Assembly (NCBI GenBank): GCA_965216465.1
Contig: CBDCFW010000006.1
Span: 640,001 to 704,000, forward strand
Origin: Bacteroidia bacterium
GTDB taxonomy: Bacteria > Bacteroidota > Bacteroidia > NS11-12g > UBA9320
DNA: 64,000 bases
Direction: 5' to 3'
Positions 19,640 to 28,761 of the stretch are shown piece after piece. The position numbers and the translations under genes were made by a program. Numbering within the stretch: the first letter of the stretch is position 1; the number at the start of each line of letters is the position of its first letter. The notes beneath the pieces were generated by a model. The model did no database searches, was not told the origin of the DNA, and was given only the letters and a program-made list of their open reading frames with translations.

Positions 19640-19696
19640 CACCTCCTCAAATACAAACGGTAGAGAGAAATAAAACTAGGACTGAACTAAATTGGG
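19640..19696 (+). repeat. 57-bp degenerate copy of the 3' end of gene 15271..15843 (15767-15823)
   Basis: 50/57 identical by manual alignment; first 24 bp identical. Confidence 0.9.
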
Positions 19697-19808
19697 ACAA
19701 TTGATGAACCCCTATCTGATGAAAGATAGATGATGCCCCAATGTACACTTCCACGAACACAATGGCATCAATGTGGTTGAATATACATCTCAACATGATT
19801 AAACACTT

Positions 19809-19816
19809 TAAATTTG
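19809..19816 (+). promoter_or_regulatory. Bacteroidota -7 promoter element TAAATTTG
   Basis: Matches TAnnTTTG, 4 nt before ATG 19821. Confidence 0.55.
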
Positions 19817-19820
19817 TACC

Positions 19821-20705
19821 ATGTTCTATAGGCGAAAAGTAATTCTTGCATTGATTGAGTTAATGGGAGGAGAAATTGAAAAACTCCGCTTTCAAAAACT
19901 CCTCTTTTTGTATAGTCAAAAAAAGTCCATGCCTGAATATGATTTTGTGCCATATAAGTTTGGGTGTTACTCATATTCGGCAAAGGCTGATTTGAACACA
20001 ATGGTCAAAAAAGGAATCTTGTATGAAACAGAAAAAGGTTACAATAGAACTGACCAGGCTAAATACTTTAAACAATTGAAAGTTAAGGATCAAGAAGTGT
20101 TGAAAGATGTTGTGGCCGATTATGGCAGTATGAGCAGTAACACTTTAATCAAACACACATACATTAACTTTCCATTCTATGCTATTCATAGCACTATTGC
20201 TCAAGAAGTGCTACCAGATAGCTTGTACGAACGAGTTGAAAAGGCCCGTCCAGCAAGCGATAAAAAAGCCTTATTCACCATCGGTTATGAAGGAATTTCT
20301 CTGGAGAAATATTTCCAAAAATTGATTCTAAATGATGTGAAAGTTCTAGTAGATGTTCGCAGAAATCCGTTAAGTATGAAATTTGGCTTTAGCAAGAAAA
20401 GGCTAAAGAGTTATTGTAACAGTCTCGGAATAGAATACATACATATTCCAGAAGTTGGGATTCCCTCAGACATGCGTCAGCAATTGAGTTCTCAAGAGGA
20501 TTATGATAAGCTCTTTGCCCTTTACAAAAAAACCACGCTCGATGAGACGGAGAAATCTCAAAAAGATATTCTGGCATTGCTTGAAAAGTATGAACGAATA
20601 GCATTAACCTGCTTTGAAGCAAACCACTGTCAATGCCATAGATCGCACTTAGCCAATTCTATTGAAAAGCTACCGCATTTTGAATCTGAAGTAAGACATA
20701 TTTAA
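19821..20705 (+). CDS. DUF488 family protein with N-terminal Panacea/SocA-like domain
   Basis: FTIGYEG, LVDVRRNPLS, LTCFE..CHRSHLA (DUF488); FQKLLFL..FVPYKFGCYS in the N-terminus. Confidence 0.85.
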   Translation: MFYRRKVILALIELMGGEIEKLRFQKLLFLYSQKKSMPEYDFVPYKFGCYSYSAKADLNTMVKKGILYETEKGYNRTDQAKYFKQLKVKDQEVLKDVVADYGSMSSNTLIKHTYINFPFYAIHSTIAQEVLPDSLYERVEKARPASDKKALFTIGYEGISLEKYFQKLILNDVKVLVDVRRNPLSMKFGFSKKRLKSYCNSLGIEYIHIPEVGIPSDMRQQLSSQEDYDKLFALYKKTTLDETEKSQKDILALLEKYERIALTCFEANHCQCHRSHLANSIEKLPHFESEVRHI

Positions 20706-20707
20706 TA

Positions 20708-21520
20708 ATGCCTCTGACCAAAGTCCTGATCACTGTAAAAACTTATCCAACATTATCAGCTAAGTATGATGAACTGGTTTGCACTGCAGGGTTTCGTGAA
20801 GATGGCACTTGGATAAGGATATACCCAATTCCTTTCCGAAAAAGGCCTTATGATCAGCAATACAAGAAGTATGATTGGATCGAGCTCGATTTGGTTAAGA
20901 ACACAAGCGACTTCCGACCAGAAAGTTATCGGCCAAGATCAATCGACACAGAAATAAAAGTTGTTGGTCACCTTGACACTTCAAAGAACTGGTCAGAAAG
21001 GAAACAGTGTTGCCTTGGAAAGGTGTATTACAATTTATCTGAATTAATTCAAGAAGCGAAAACACGAGAAACCTGTACTTCACTAGCGGTATTTAAGCCC
21101 ACCGAGATCCTCGACTTCTACGTGGAATCGGTAGACAAAGAGTGGGACTCCAAAAAGCTAGATGCTTTGCGGCAAATGAACTTGTTTGAGACGAATAAGG
21201 ATGGGCAATTTGAGGTGGTTAAAAAGTTACCATACAAGTTCAAATTTAAATTCAAAGACAATCAGGGAAAAGTTAGTAATACCATGATAGAGGATTGGGA
21301 GACTGGTCAGCTATTTTGGAACTGTTTAGCAAGACATGAAGGTAACGAAGCTAAAGCAATAGCAGATGTGCGCAAAAAGTACTTTGATGATTTTTCACTA
21401 ACAAAAGATTTGCACTTCTTTCTCGGTACAACTCAGAAACACCATCATGTTTCTCTAAATCCTTTTGTAATTATCGGAACATTCCACCCGAAAATAGAGA
21501 GGCAAATGAAGCTTTTCTGA
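20708..21520 (+). CDS. Conserved hypothetical DUF488 partner (possible dual-OB-fold protein)
   Basis: ITVKTYP..VCTAG..WIRIYP, RPESY, IEDWE, FFLGT motifs; starts 2 nt after the DUF488 stop. Confidence 0.65.
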   Translation: MPLTKVLITVKTYPTLSAKYDELVCTAGFREDGTWIRIYPIPFRKRPYDQQYKKYDWIELDLVKNTSDFRPESYRPRSIDTEIKVVGHLDTSKNWSERKQCCLGKVYYNLSELIQEAKTRETCTSLAVFKPTEILDFYVESVDKEWDSKKLDALRQMNLFETNKDGQFEVVKKLPYKFKFKFKDNQGKVSNTMIEDWETGQLFWNCLARHEGNEAKAIADVRKKYFDDFSLTKDLHFFLGTTQKHHHVSLNPFVIIGTFHPKIERQMKLF

Positions 21521-21578
21521 AAATCTTAAATCTAAAAGCACACTTTAGAGAAACCTCCTCCAATTTTAAAGGAACCCA

Positions 21579-21639
21579 GTGTCAAAACGTGACATCAAAT
21601 GACAACAGGTATACCTCTGGCTTGCAAGAACCTTGCAAC
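21579..21639. promoter_or_regulatory. Putative recombination arm / accessory-protein binding block, right end
   Basis: GTGTC-N5-GTGACAT-N5-GACA plus GGCTTGCAAGAACCTTGCAAC, homologous to 6717-6778. Confidence 0.65.
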
Positions 21640-21686
21640 AAAAAAAGGGTTACAACTGTTGAAAGTCATAACCCCTTGATTTTCAG

Positions 21687-21760
21687 TGGGCCCACCTGGG
21701 CTCGAACCAGGGACCACCTGATTATGAGTCAGGTGCTCTAACCAACTGAGCTATAGGCCC
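21687..21760 (-). tRNA. tRNA with CAT anticodon, most likely tRNA-Ile2
   Basis: GGGCCTATAGCTCAGTTGGTTAGAGCACCTGACTCATAATCAGGTGGTCCCTGGTTCGAGCCCAGGTGGGCCCA folds as a cloverleaf; CCA is not encoded; TATTTTTG promoter at 21787-21794. Confidence 0.95.
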
Positions 21761-21837
21761 GCGGAAGTATCCTTCCAAAAGGGCTGCAAAAATAGCGTCC
21801 ATTTTGGATTCAACAAATTAAAATGTGACCGCAAAAT

Positions 21838-23721
21838 CTATGATTTTGGAGCTTCCCAGCCCAAGATTTCGTCTATCGTATTGTAGCTCACCGAATGATA
21901 TCCAGGTCTCGCTTTTTCGTATACACCCAAAGCCCATGCTTTATTACTCTCCGACTGCGCCAATCGCTCATACAACGGTTGCAAGAATTTACGTCTACCA
22001 ACTCGAATTAAAAAGTCTTCTAAAGCAGGATAAGCATCCTCGTAATTGTGCTCAATACAATGCTTAAACCAGTCACAAGCAATTTCCGAATTCCCTGTTT
22101 GGGTTAAGTTGTAATGCTCATCCAAATCTTTCAACTTGTCAGCATTCATGTTTTTCAATCCTCTTAAGAAGTACAACCAATGATGTGTAGTATATCCTGC
22201 CGTATCTAATTCTTCAGCTGTCATTCTTCCGTTGCTAAACTTAGCTATAGCCAGTTCAACACGATCCAATTCGGTAGAAAATGGAACAGGTGCATTGCTA
22301 GGTAATCCTGGACCATAAATCCAGTCGTCAACCAACACCTTATCATACTCTTCTTGATCTGTTAATAAATGCGCCTTTAGATAATCAATAAACTTCTCAG
22401 TTGTCATGGGTTTAAATGCATTTTCAGTGAAGTATTGCTTCAAAAATGCATCAAAACGCTCTCTGCCCACCGTAGCTTCCACTGTTTGTAGGAAGAATCT
22501 TCCTTTTTCGTAAGCTACATCTGTTAGACCATCATCTGGGTCTCTTCCTTCCAAATTGAGGTACAAACGGGTATCGTCAGCAGCACCATCTGCAGTTAAT
22601 CTTTCTATGGTATGCTCAAGATCACCCATACCCAGCTTAGTCAACATTTTCTCGTAATCAGACCCGAAGATCTTCTCCATGATTCGTTGTTCAAAGTATA
22701 CCGTAAACCCTTCGTTCAACCAGAAATCATTCCACGTTTCATTGGTAACTAAGTTTCCGCTCCAGCTGTGTGCTAACTCATGTGCAATTAGGGCAACCAA
22801 GCTTCTGTCACCTGCAATAATGGTTGGTGTTGCAAAGGTTAATCGTGGATTCTCCATCCCTCCAAAAGGGAAACTGCTCGGTAAAACGACCACATCATAG
22901 CGATCCCAGATATAAGCACCATACAATGCTTCGGCGCTGTCAATCATACTTTGCATGCTTTCAAACTCCCAAACGCATTTTTCAATCATGCTCGGTTCAG
23001 CATATACTCCAGAATTTCTTCCTGTAGATCTAAACTCAAGGTCACCAACGGTAAGTGCCATGAGATATGAACTCACTGGTTGATCCATTTTGAAGGTATA
23101 AACGCCATCTTCCGTTTTTGTAGTTCCGTTCTCTGCACTCATCAAAGCCATCAATTCTGGATCCGTTTTAATGGTTGCGTCGTACGTGAACTTAACTCCT
23201 GGGCCATCTTGACAAGGAATCCAAGTACGAGCTAATATAGCCTGCGACTGGCTAAACAAGTATGGATGAACTTTTCCGAAAGTCTGCTCCGGTGATAACC
23301 ACTGAAGTGCATCTGCAGTTGAATCAGTCGTGTACTGAATGGTAACACTCTTGGTCGAGGGCTTAATATCTATTTCTAAGGCTTGACCGAAATGTCCTTT
23401 TTCTTCACCTAGTGTATATTTTGCCTCATCTCCATTGTCTAAAGTAACCTTTTCAATAGACAGTTTTCTAGCGTCTAAAACCAGCTTTTTGGTCTTTTTA
23501 AAGTTATCCAGATCAAGGCGAGCAGTTCCGCTTAAAACGTGTTTGTCAAAATCTACGTTTAAATCTAGACTCAAATGGGTCATTTTTATCTCATCAATGT
23601 TGGCATACGAGTGCGGATCCGGACCCAATGCTCCATTTGATGAGTTATCATCGTTACTCGTTGTATTACAGCCACTTATGATTAAAATAGTTGCAATTAG
23701 AGTGTAAAATAAATGCTTCAT
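21838..23721 (-). CDS. M1 family aminopeptidase (leukotriene A4 hydrolase-like) lipoprotein
   Basis: GGMEN, HELAH-x18-E (WLNEG), lipobox. Confidence 0.93.
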   Translation of the reverse strand: MKHLFYTLIATILIISGCNTTSNDDNSSNGALGPDPHSYANIDEIKMTHLSLDLNVDFDKHVLSGTARLDLDNFKKTKKLVLDARKLSIEKVTLDNGDEAKYTLGEEKGHFGQALEIDIKPSTKSVTIQYTTDSTADALQWLSPEQTFGKVHPYLFSQSQAILARTWIPCQDGPGVKFTYDATIKTDPELMALMSAENGTTKTEDGVYTFKMDQPVSSYLMALTVGDLEFRSTGRNSGVYAEPSMIEKCVWEFESMQSMIDSAEALYGAYIWDRYDVVVLPSSFPFGGMENPRLTFATPTIIAGDRSLVALIAHELAHSWSGNLVTNETWNDFWLNEGFTVYFEQRIMEKIFGSDYEKMLTKLGMGDLEHTIERLTADGAADDTRLYLNLEGRDPDDGLTDVAYEKGRFFLQTVEATVGRERFDAFLKQYFTENAFKPMTTEKFIDYLKAHLLTDQEEYDKVLVDDWIYGPGLPSNAPVPFSTELDRVELAIAKFSNGRMTAEELDTAGYTTHHWLYFLRGLKNMNADKLKDLDEHYNLTQTGNSEIACDWFKHCIEHNYEDAYPALEDFLIRVGRRKFLQPLYERLAQSESNKAWALGVYEKARPGYHSVSYNTIDEILGWEAPKS

Positions 23722-23892
23722 ATTATAGTTCTAGCGACAAAAAGATGGATTTATTATTAAACCACAAAATCCTGTCTGTAATTATTTAATTACCGCAAGT
23801 TTATCTTGTTTAACCCGAAAAAATGTGTATTTTCGTTGACCTTTTGAAAAAAGCTGTGCCTCTTTTGGCAGGCTTTTTGAATTTTGTTCAAT

Positions 23893-24765
23893 ATGAAAAA
23901 GATACTTCTTACACTGCTTACACTTGGCTTTTTTGGTTTCTATTCTAATGCTCAAACTTGGGACGATGCAGGTGACTCTTGGGATTCAGGAGATACTTGG
24001 GACGATTCAGGCGATAGCTGGGATGATGCCGGAGGAGACTACGACTATGACCCTGGTGCTGGTGCTGGAACCATGAGTGATTCTGCATCTAGTGATGATG
24101 GCTGGGGCGATGATGATTCATGGGATGACAGCAGCTTTGATTTTGGAGGAGGAACAGATGAATATGTTCGTTCTGCAAGACCTAAAGCTGAAGCAAGACC
24201 TTATGAAAGATTTACAGGTATGCCTTACGATTCCGCTACGGAATTGGTAACCTTTGTTGAAATTGTTGAAGTAATTGTTCCCGACAGATTTCTTGATCTA
24301 GGAGGAGACGATTACTCGCTTTCTGATTCACTGTACGAAAGAGCCCGCGTTTGGATGGCCAAACAGTTCGGTGAAAAAGAAGCAAAGAAAATGATTGAAG
24401 AAGCTGGCGACGATGAGACCGGAAGAGAGGGTAAAACCATCAACGCCGTTGTTGTTATGCCTTTAGTTATTCAGCACAACAAATACGCAAAATCAAACGC
24501 CGGAATTATCCAGTTTGATATGGAATTGCGCTTTAAAGACGAAAGATATCGTTACAAGTTTAACAACTTTGTTCATGTTACTCCGAGCACCACAAGTGGT
24601 AAAGATGATGTAAGAACCTATATGGAGTACTACATGACTGCTAGAGATAATGTTCGAGGCAACGACGAAATATTAATGGCAACCAACGATCAAATGAATC
24701 GTTTAATAGACGGCCTGAAAAGCTCATGCGCTGCCGTTCCGTTTATCGACGACGACGATTGGTAG
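23893..24765 (+). CDS. Secreted DUF4468-like protein with Trp/Asp-rich low-complexity N-terminus
   Basis: Signal peptide from ATG 23893; WDDxGDS repeats; FKDERYRYKF motif. Confidence 0.6.
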   Translation: MKKILLTLLTLGFFGFYSNAQTWDDAGDSWDSGDTWDDSGDSWDDAGGDYDYDPGAGAGTMSDSASSDDGWGDDDSWDDSSFDFGGGTDEYVRSARPKAEARPYERFTGMPYDSATELVTFVEIVEVIVPDRFLDLGGDDYSLSDSLYERARVWMAKQFGEKEAKKMIEEAGDDETGREGKTINAVVVMPLVIQHNKYAKSNAGIIQFDMELRFKDERYRYKFNNFVHVTPSTTSGKDDVRTYMEYYMTARDNVRGNDEILMATNDQMNRLIDGLKSSCAAVPFIDDDDW

Positions 24766-24784
24766 TCAGCTTAGAGATTTTATT

Positions 24785-24812
24785 AAAAACCTGCTTTCGA
24801 GCAGGTTTTTTT
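24785..24812. terminator. Bidirectional intrinsic terminator
   Basis: AAAAACCTGCT-TTCG-AGCAGGTTTTTTT between convergent genes. Confidence 0.85.
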
Positions 24813-24879
24813 GTTTATAAGAAATTCTACCAAGGGGATTACCCTCGGTCAATTGAAGTCAACAAATTAATCCCGCTAA

Positions 24880-25308
24880 TTACTGCTTAAAGATTTCTAC
24901 ATGCTTTAAGACAAATTCCATGTCGGTGAATTTGCCCTTGAATTTAGTAGCCTTTACAATGCTGTTGTCAATCCAATGGTAGTTACCTCCTCTTGGTTTG
25001 CCATAAAGTACTCCATGATGCTTGAAACCATGCTTGTCAAGCCATTTTTCAGTAACTTCCTTGTGTTCGGCTGTTCTACTAGTGAAGAAGGTAATTATAT
25101 GTCCTTCCTCGTACCACTTGTTTAAAGTCTCCAAAGCATCTGGATAAGGCTCACACGTCGCCATTCGTTCAGGATGCTCGTTGGGTACATCTTCGGTAAT
25201 GGTCCCGTCGATGTCGACTAAGTAGTTTTTAACGTCAGATGCCAATTCTGGGCTTATGAGATTTCCATTTTCATCATAAAGCTTGTTTAATTTATGTTTG
25301 CTAGACAT
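24880..25308 (-). CDS. HAD-superfamily (LNS2-like) phosphatase
   Basis: VDIDGT, FTSR, GKP..WID motifs. Confidence 0.8.
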   Translation of the reverse strand: MSSKHKLNKLYDENGNLISPELASDVKNYLVDIDGTITEDVPNEHPERMATCEPYPDALETLNKWYEEGHIITFFTSRTAEHKEVTEKWLDKHGFKHHGVLYGKPRGGNYHWIDNSIVKATKFKGKFTDMEFVLKHVEIFKQ

Positions 25309-25312
25309 ACCT

Positions 25313-25714
25313 CTACAAAATTACCTCAACTTCTTGATATTCCGCCTCAAGTTTAAAACGTTCGAGCTCATTTTTGATGATTTCGGCTATTTTACTGAGC
25401 ACTATGGCATCATCGAGAAAACCAAAAGCCAAAATGAAATCCGGTATCAAGTCAAACGGATTGACAAAATATAGCAATCCAGCAACTAAGTAGATCACGG
25501 TTTTAGTTGTTGGCTTAAATGAGCCGGTAAAATAAGCCTTCATCATTTTCATAAAGGTTCTCAAGTTTTCAAGAAGTCCTGAAGGCAGCTTGCTCTTCTT
25601 GGCACTCGCCTTGGCTTCTGAATCATTAAACACCTTGGTAATTGCTTCTTTGTTTTTATAGATACTCGAAGCAACCTTTACAGCCTTCTTTAAAGTTTTT
25701 ATTTTTGTCTTCAT
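25313..25714 (-). CDS. YkvA / DUF1232 family protein
   Basis: YFVNPFDLIPDFI..GFLDD. Confidence 0.9.
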   Translation of the reverse strand: MKTKIKTLKKAVKVASSIYKNKEAITKVFNDSEAKASAKKSKLPSGLLENLRTFMKMMKAYFTGSFKPTTKTVIYLVAGLLYFVNPFDLIPDFILAFGFLDDAIVLSKIAEIIKNELERFKLEAEYQEVEVIL

Positions 25715-25726
25715 ATAAATAAATCC

Positions 25727-26629
25727 GTGTTAAGCACACCCAATACTAAACAAAAAGCGTACCTACAATTACATATCGCCGTAATTCTATTCGGCATAAC
25801 CGCAATTTTGGGCAAGTTAATAACTTTAGATGAAATAGCTTTAGTATGGAACCGGCTATGGATTGCCGTTTTAGGCCTGCTTTTCATCCCCGGAGCTTAT
25901 CGCGGCATTCGAAACATAGGGAAAAAACAGCTATTAAGGTTCATTGGGATAGGAGTTATCGTTGCTTTGCACTGGATTACCTTTTATGGAAGCATTAAAC
26001 TTGGGAATAATGCATCCATAACCCTGGCATGCCTAGCGACCACATCACTTTTTACTTCAGTGCTCGAGCCGTTAATTACCAAATCCAAGTTTCAAATGCT
26101 TGAGTTGTTTCTTGGTTTGTTGGTTATTGTCGGTATTCTATTCTTGACCGGTGTTGGTGAAGCCTATTACATGGCCATCGTAGTTGGCTTAACTTCAGCA
26201 GTTTTGGCTTCGATATTCTCTACGTTTAACAAGAAGTACATTGAAAATCAAAATTCGATTTCGGTATCGATTGTAGAGCTCTCTTCTGGTTTTATATTTA
26301 TTAGTTTGATGTTTCCTCTTATTCAAGAGTTCATCCCGCAAAACGCCTGGATTCCGAGCTCAAAAGACTGGATTTACCTTATTGCCCTTGGCATATTTTG
26401 TACGAGTGTTGCCTATGTACTAGCCCTGAATGCACTCAAACAGTTATCAGCCTTCATCTCAACCTTAAGTGTAAACCTCGAACCGGTATATGGCATTTTA
26501 TTGGCCATTTGGTTGCTAAATGAGGACCAAGATCTGAATACCGAATTCTACTTAGGAACCGGAATCATCCTTTTCTCTGTACTTCTTCATCCTATCTTGA
26601 CCAAAATGCTCAAAAAGAAGCAGAGCTGA
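25727..26629 (+). CDS. DMT/EamA family transporter
   Basis: About 10 TM helices; NLEPVYGI. Confidence 0.88.
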   Translation: MLSTPNTKQKAYLQLHIAVILFGITAILGKLITLDEIALVWNRLWIAVLGLLFIPGAYRGIRNIGKKQLLRFIGIGVIVALHWITFYGSIKLGNNASITLACLATTSLFTSVLEPLITKSKFQMLELFLGLLVIVGILFLTGVGEAYYMAIVVGLTSAVLASIFSTFNKKYIENQNSISVSIVELSSGFIFISLMFPLIQEFIPQNAWIPSSKDWIYLIALGIFCTSVAYVLALNALKQLSAFISTLSVNLEPVYGILLAIWLLNEDQDLNTEFYLGTGIILFSVLLHPILTKMLKKKQS

Positions 26630-26686
26630 TATCATTTTTGAATTTGCTTACGGCTTAAACACCAACTTATTTACCTTTGCACACTT

Positions 26687-28672
26687 ATGGCAAAAAGACA
26701 CCTCATTACCTGTGCACTTCCATATGCTAATGGACCAGTTCATATTGGACACATCGCAGGATGCTTTCTTCCTTCAGATATCTACAATCGGTATCTACGG
26801 ATGCAAGGAAAGGATGTTCTTTTTGTTTGTGGGACTGATGAACATGGCGTTCCCATCACGCTCAAAGCAAAAAAAGAAGGTAAAACACCTCAACAAGTAG
26901 TCGATGAAAACCACGAAATCATTTCAAAAGCCTTAAAAGACTTTGGAATTAATTTCGATAACTTCAGCAGAACAACGAACAAACTTCACCACGATACGTC
27001 ACAAGAATTCTTTAAGAATTTATACGATAAAGATGTGTTTGTAGAAGAAGTTACACAACAGTTTTACGATGAGGAAGCCAATCAGTTTTTAGCCGATCGC
27101 TATATTGTAGGAACCTGCCCAAATTGCAGCTACGATAATGCTTATGGCGATCAATGCGAAAACTGCGGACGATCAAGCAGTCCACAAGAATTAATTAACC
27201 CACGGTCTGCATTAACAGGAAATATCCCTATTCTTAAAGATACAAAAAACTGGTACCTGCCTTTAGATAAAATTCAAGATGAATTTTTAAACGATTGGGT
27301 TCAGGCTAAAAAAGCAGATTGGAAACCAAGCGTTTGGGGCCAGTGCAACAGTTGGTTAAGTGAAGGATTAAAACCGAGAGCCATGACCCGCGATTTAGAT
27401 TGGGGAGTTCCTGTTCCAGTGGAAGGAGCCGAAGGCAAGGTAATGTATGTGTGGTTTGATGCTCCAATTGGATACATCACATCAACTAAGGAAGCTGTTG
27501 GAAATGAATGGGTTAAGTGGTGGCAGGATGAAGATACTGAGATGACTCACTTCTTAGGCAAAGACAACATTGTATTTCATACCATCATCTTCCCTGCAAT
27601 GCTAAAGGCACATGGAGACTACATTCTACCTACCCATGTTCCAGCTAATGAGTTCTTGAATCTTGAAGGCGACAAACTTTCTACGAGTAGGAATCACGCT
27701 ATCTGGTTGCACGAATATTTAGAAGAGTTTCCAGACAAGACAGATGAAATGCGCTATGTCTTGACCTCTATTCTTCCTGAAACCAAAGATTCAGACTTTA
27801 CCTGGAAAGATTATCAAGCCAAGGTAAATAACGAATTGGTGGCGATATTGGGCAACTTTGTTAATCGGGTTATTGTTTTGACCAACAAGTATTACGATGG
27901 TCAGATTCCAAATGGCACGCTTCAATTGGATACATCAGAAACTCGCTCGAATATCGAAAAGGCCTTAGATCATTTCAATCACCGTCAAGCGTTGGAAGCC
28001 TATATGGAGTTAGCCCGTAGCGGAAACAAATATTTACAAGACACCGAGCCTTGGAAGTTGATTAAAGACGATGCAAACAAGCAACAAGTAGCCGACTGCC
28101 TATTTACTTGCTTAGAAATAGTACATCAACTCGGAAAATATGCTGAAATCTTCTTGCCAGCTACATCATGTAAGATACTCAAATTGTTGAATATTAATTC
28201 TTACAGCGATTTAATTAAAGTTTCACACGAGATAAACAAGCCTGAGTTACTTTTTGAAAAAATAGATGATGCACTAATCGAAAAGCAGGTTGAAAAGCTT
28301 AAAAAAGAACCCGAAAACACATCATCAGTACCTAAACTAGAAAAAGATATGATTCAATACGACGATTTCACGAAGCTCGATATTCGAGTAGCCACCATAA
28401 CTGAAGCAGAAAAGGTAAAAAAAGCAGATCGCTTGCTGAAAATAACCTTAGATGTTGGAGCTGAAACCAGAACAGTAGTTAGTGGAATTGCAGAACACTT
28501 TAGTCCAGAAGAGATTGTAGGCAAACAAGTGACCTATCTTGCAAATCTAGCTCCTCGCAAGCTACGCGGAATTGAAAGTGCTGGAATGATCTTAATGGCA
28601 GAAGATGCTGATGGCTCATTGAAGTTCGTTAGTCCGGGTGAGGCTATTGCTCCTGGGAGTGTGATCGCGTAG
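26687..28672 (+). CDS. metG: Methionine--tRNA ligase
   Basis: LPYANG, HIGH, Zn knuckle, KLSTS, C-terminal tRNA-binding domain; TACCTTTG promoter at 26672-26679. Confidence 0.98.
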   Translation: MAKRHLITCALPYANGPVHIGHIAGCFLPSDIYNRYLRMQGKDVLFVCGTDEHGVPITLKAKKEGKTPQQVVDENHEIISKALKDFGINFDNFSRTTNKLHHDTSQEFFKNLYDKDVFVEEVTQQFYDEEANQFLADRYIVGTCPNCSYDNAYGDQCENCGRSSSPQELINPRSALTGNIPILKDTKNWYLPLDKIQDEFLNDWVQAKKADWKPSVWGQCNSWLSEGLKPRAMTRDLDWGVPVPVEGAEGKVMYVWFDAPIGYITSTKEAVGNEWVKWWQDEDTEMTHFLGKDNIVFHTIIFPAMLKAHGDYILPTHVPANEFLNLEGDKLSTSRNHAIWLHEYLEEFPDKTDEMRYVLTSILPETKDSDFTWKDYQAKVNNELVAILGNFVNRVIVLTNKYYDGQIPNGTLQLDTSETRSNIEKALDHFNHRQALEAYMELARSGNKYLQDTEPWKLIKDDANKQQVADCLFTCLEIVHQLGKYAEIFLPATSCKILKLLNINSYSDLIKVSHEINKPELLFEKIDDALIEKQVEKLKKEPENTSSVPKLEKDMIQYDDFTKLDIRVATITEAEKVKKADRLLKITLDVGAETRTVVSGIAEHFSPEEIVGKQVTYLANLAPRKLRGIESAGMILMAEDADGSLKFVSPGEAIAPGSVIA

Positions 28673-28761
28673 CTTCTCTTTACTGTTTTAAAGAGGATTA
28701 TCTCCATTATCAAAATTTTCCATATTATTGATAGCGAACTAATCCTTAAACCAATGAGCAA

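Larger units (their letters stand above)
6599..21728. mobile_element. tRNA-integrated genomic (defence-like) island, about 15.1 kb, no integrase visible
   Basis: Perfect 43-bp flanking direct repeat of the tRNA 3' half; nuclease/RM cargo; internal IS. Confidence 0.92.

Noticed and set aside
23956-24130. Repeated tgggacga/tgggatga units as a CRISPR or DNA tandem repeat
   Set aside because: The units are short, in frame and synonymously varied, with no spacers and no cas genes; this is a protein-level repeat
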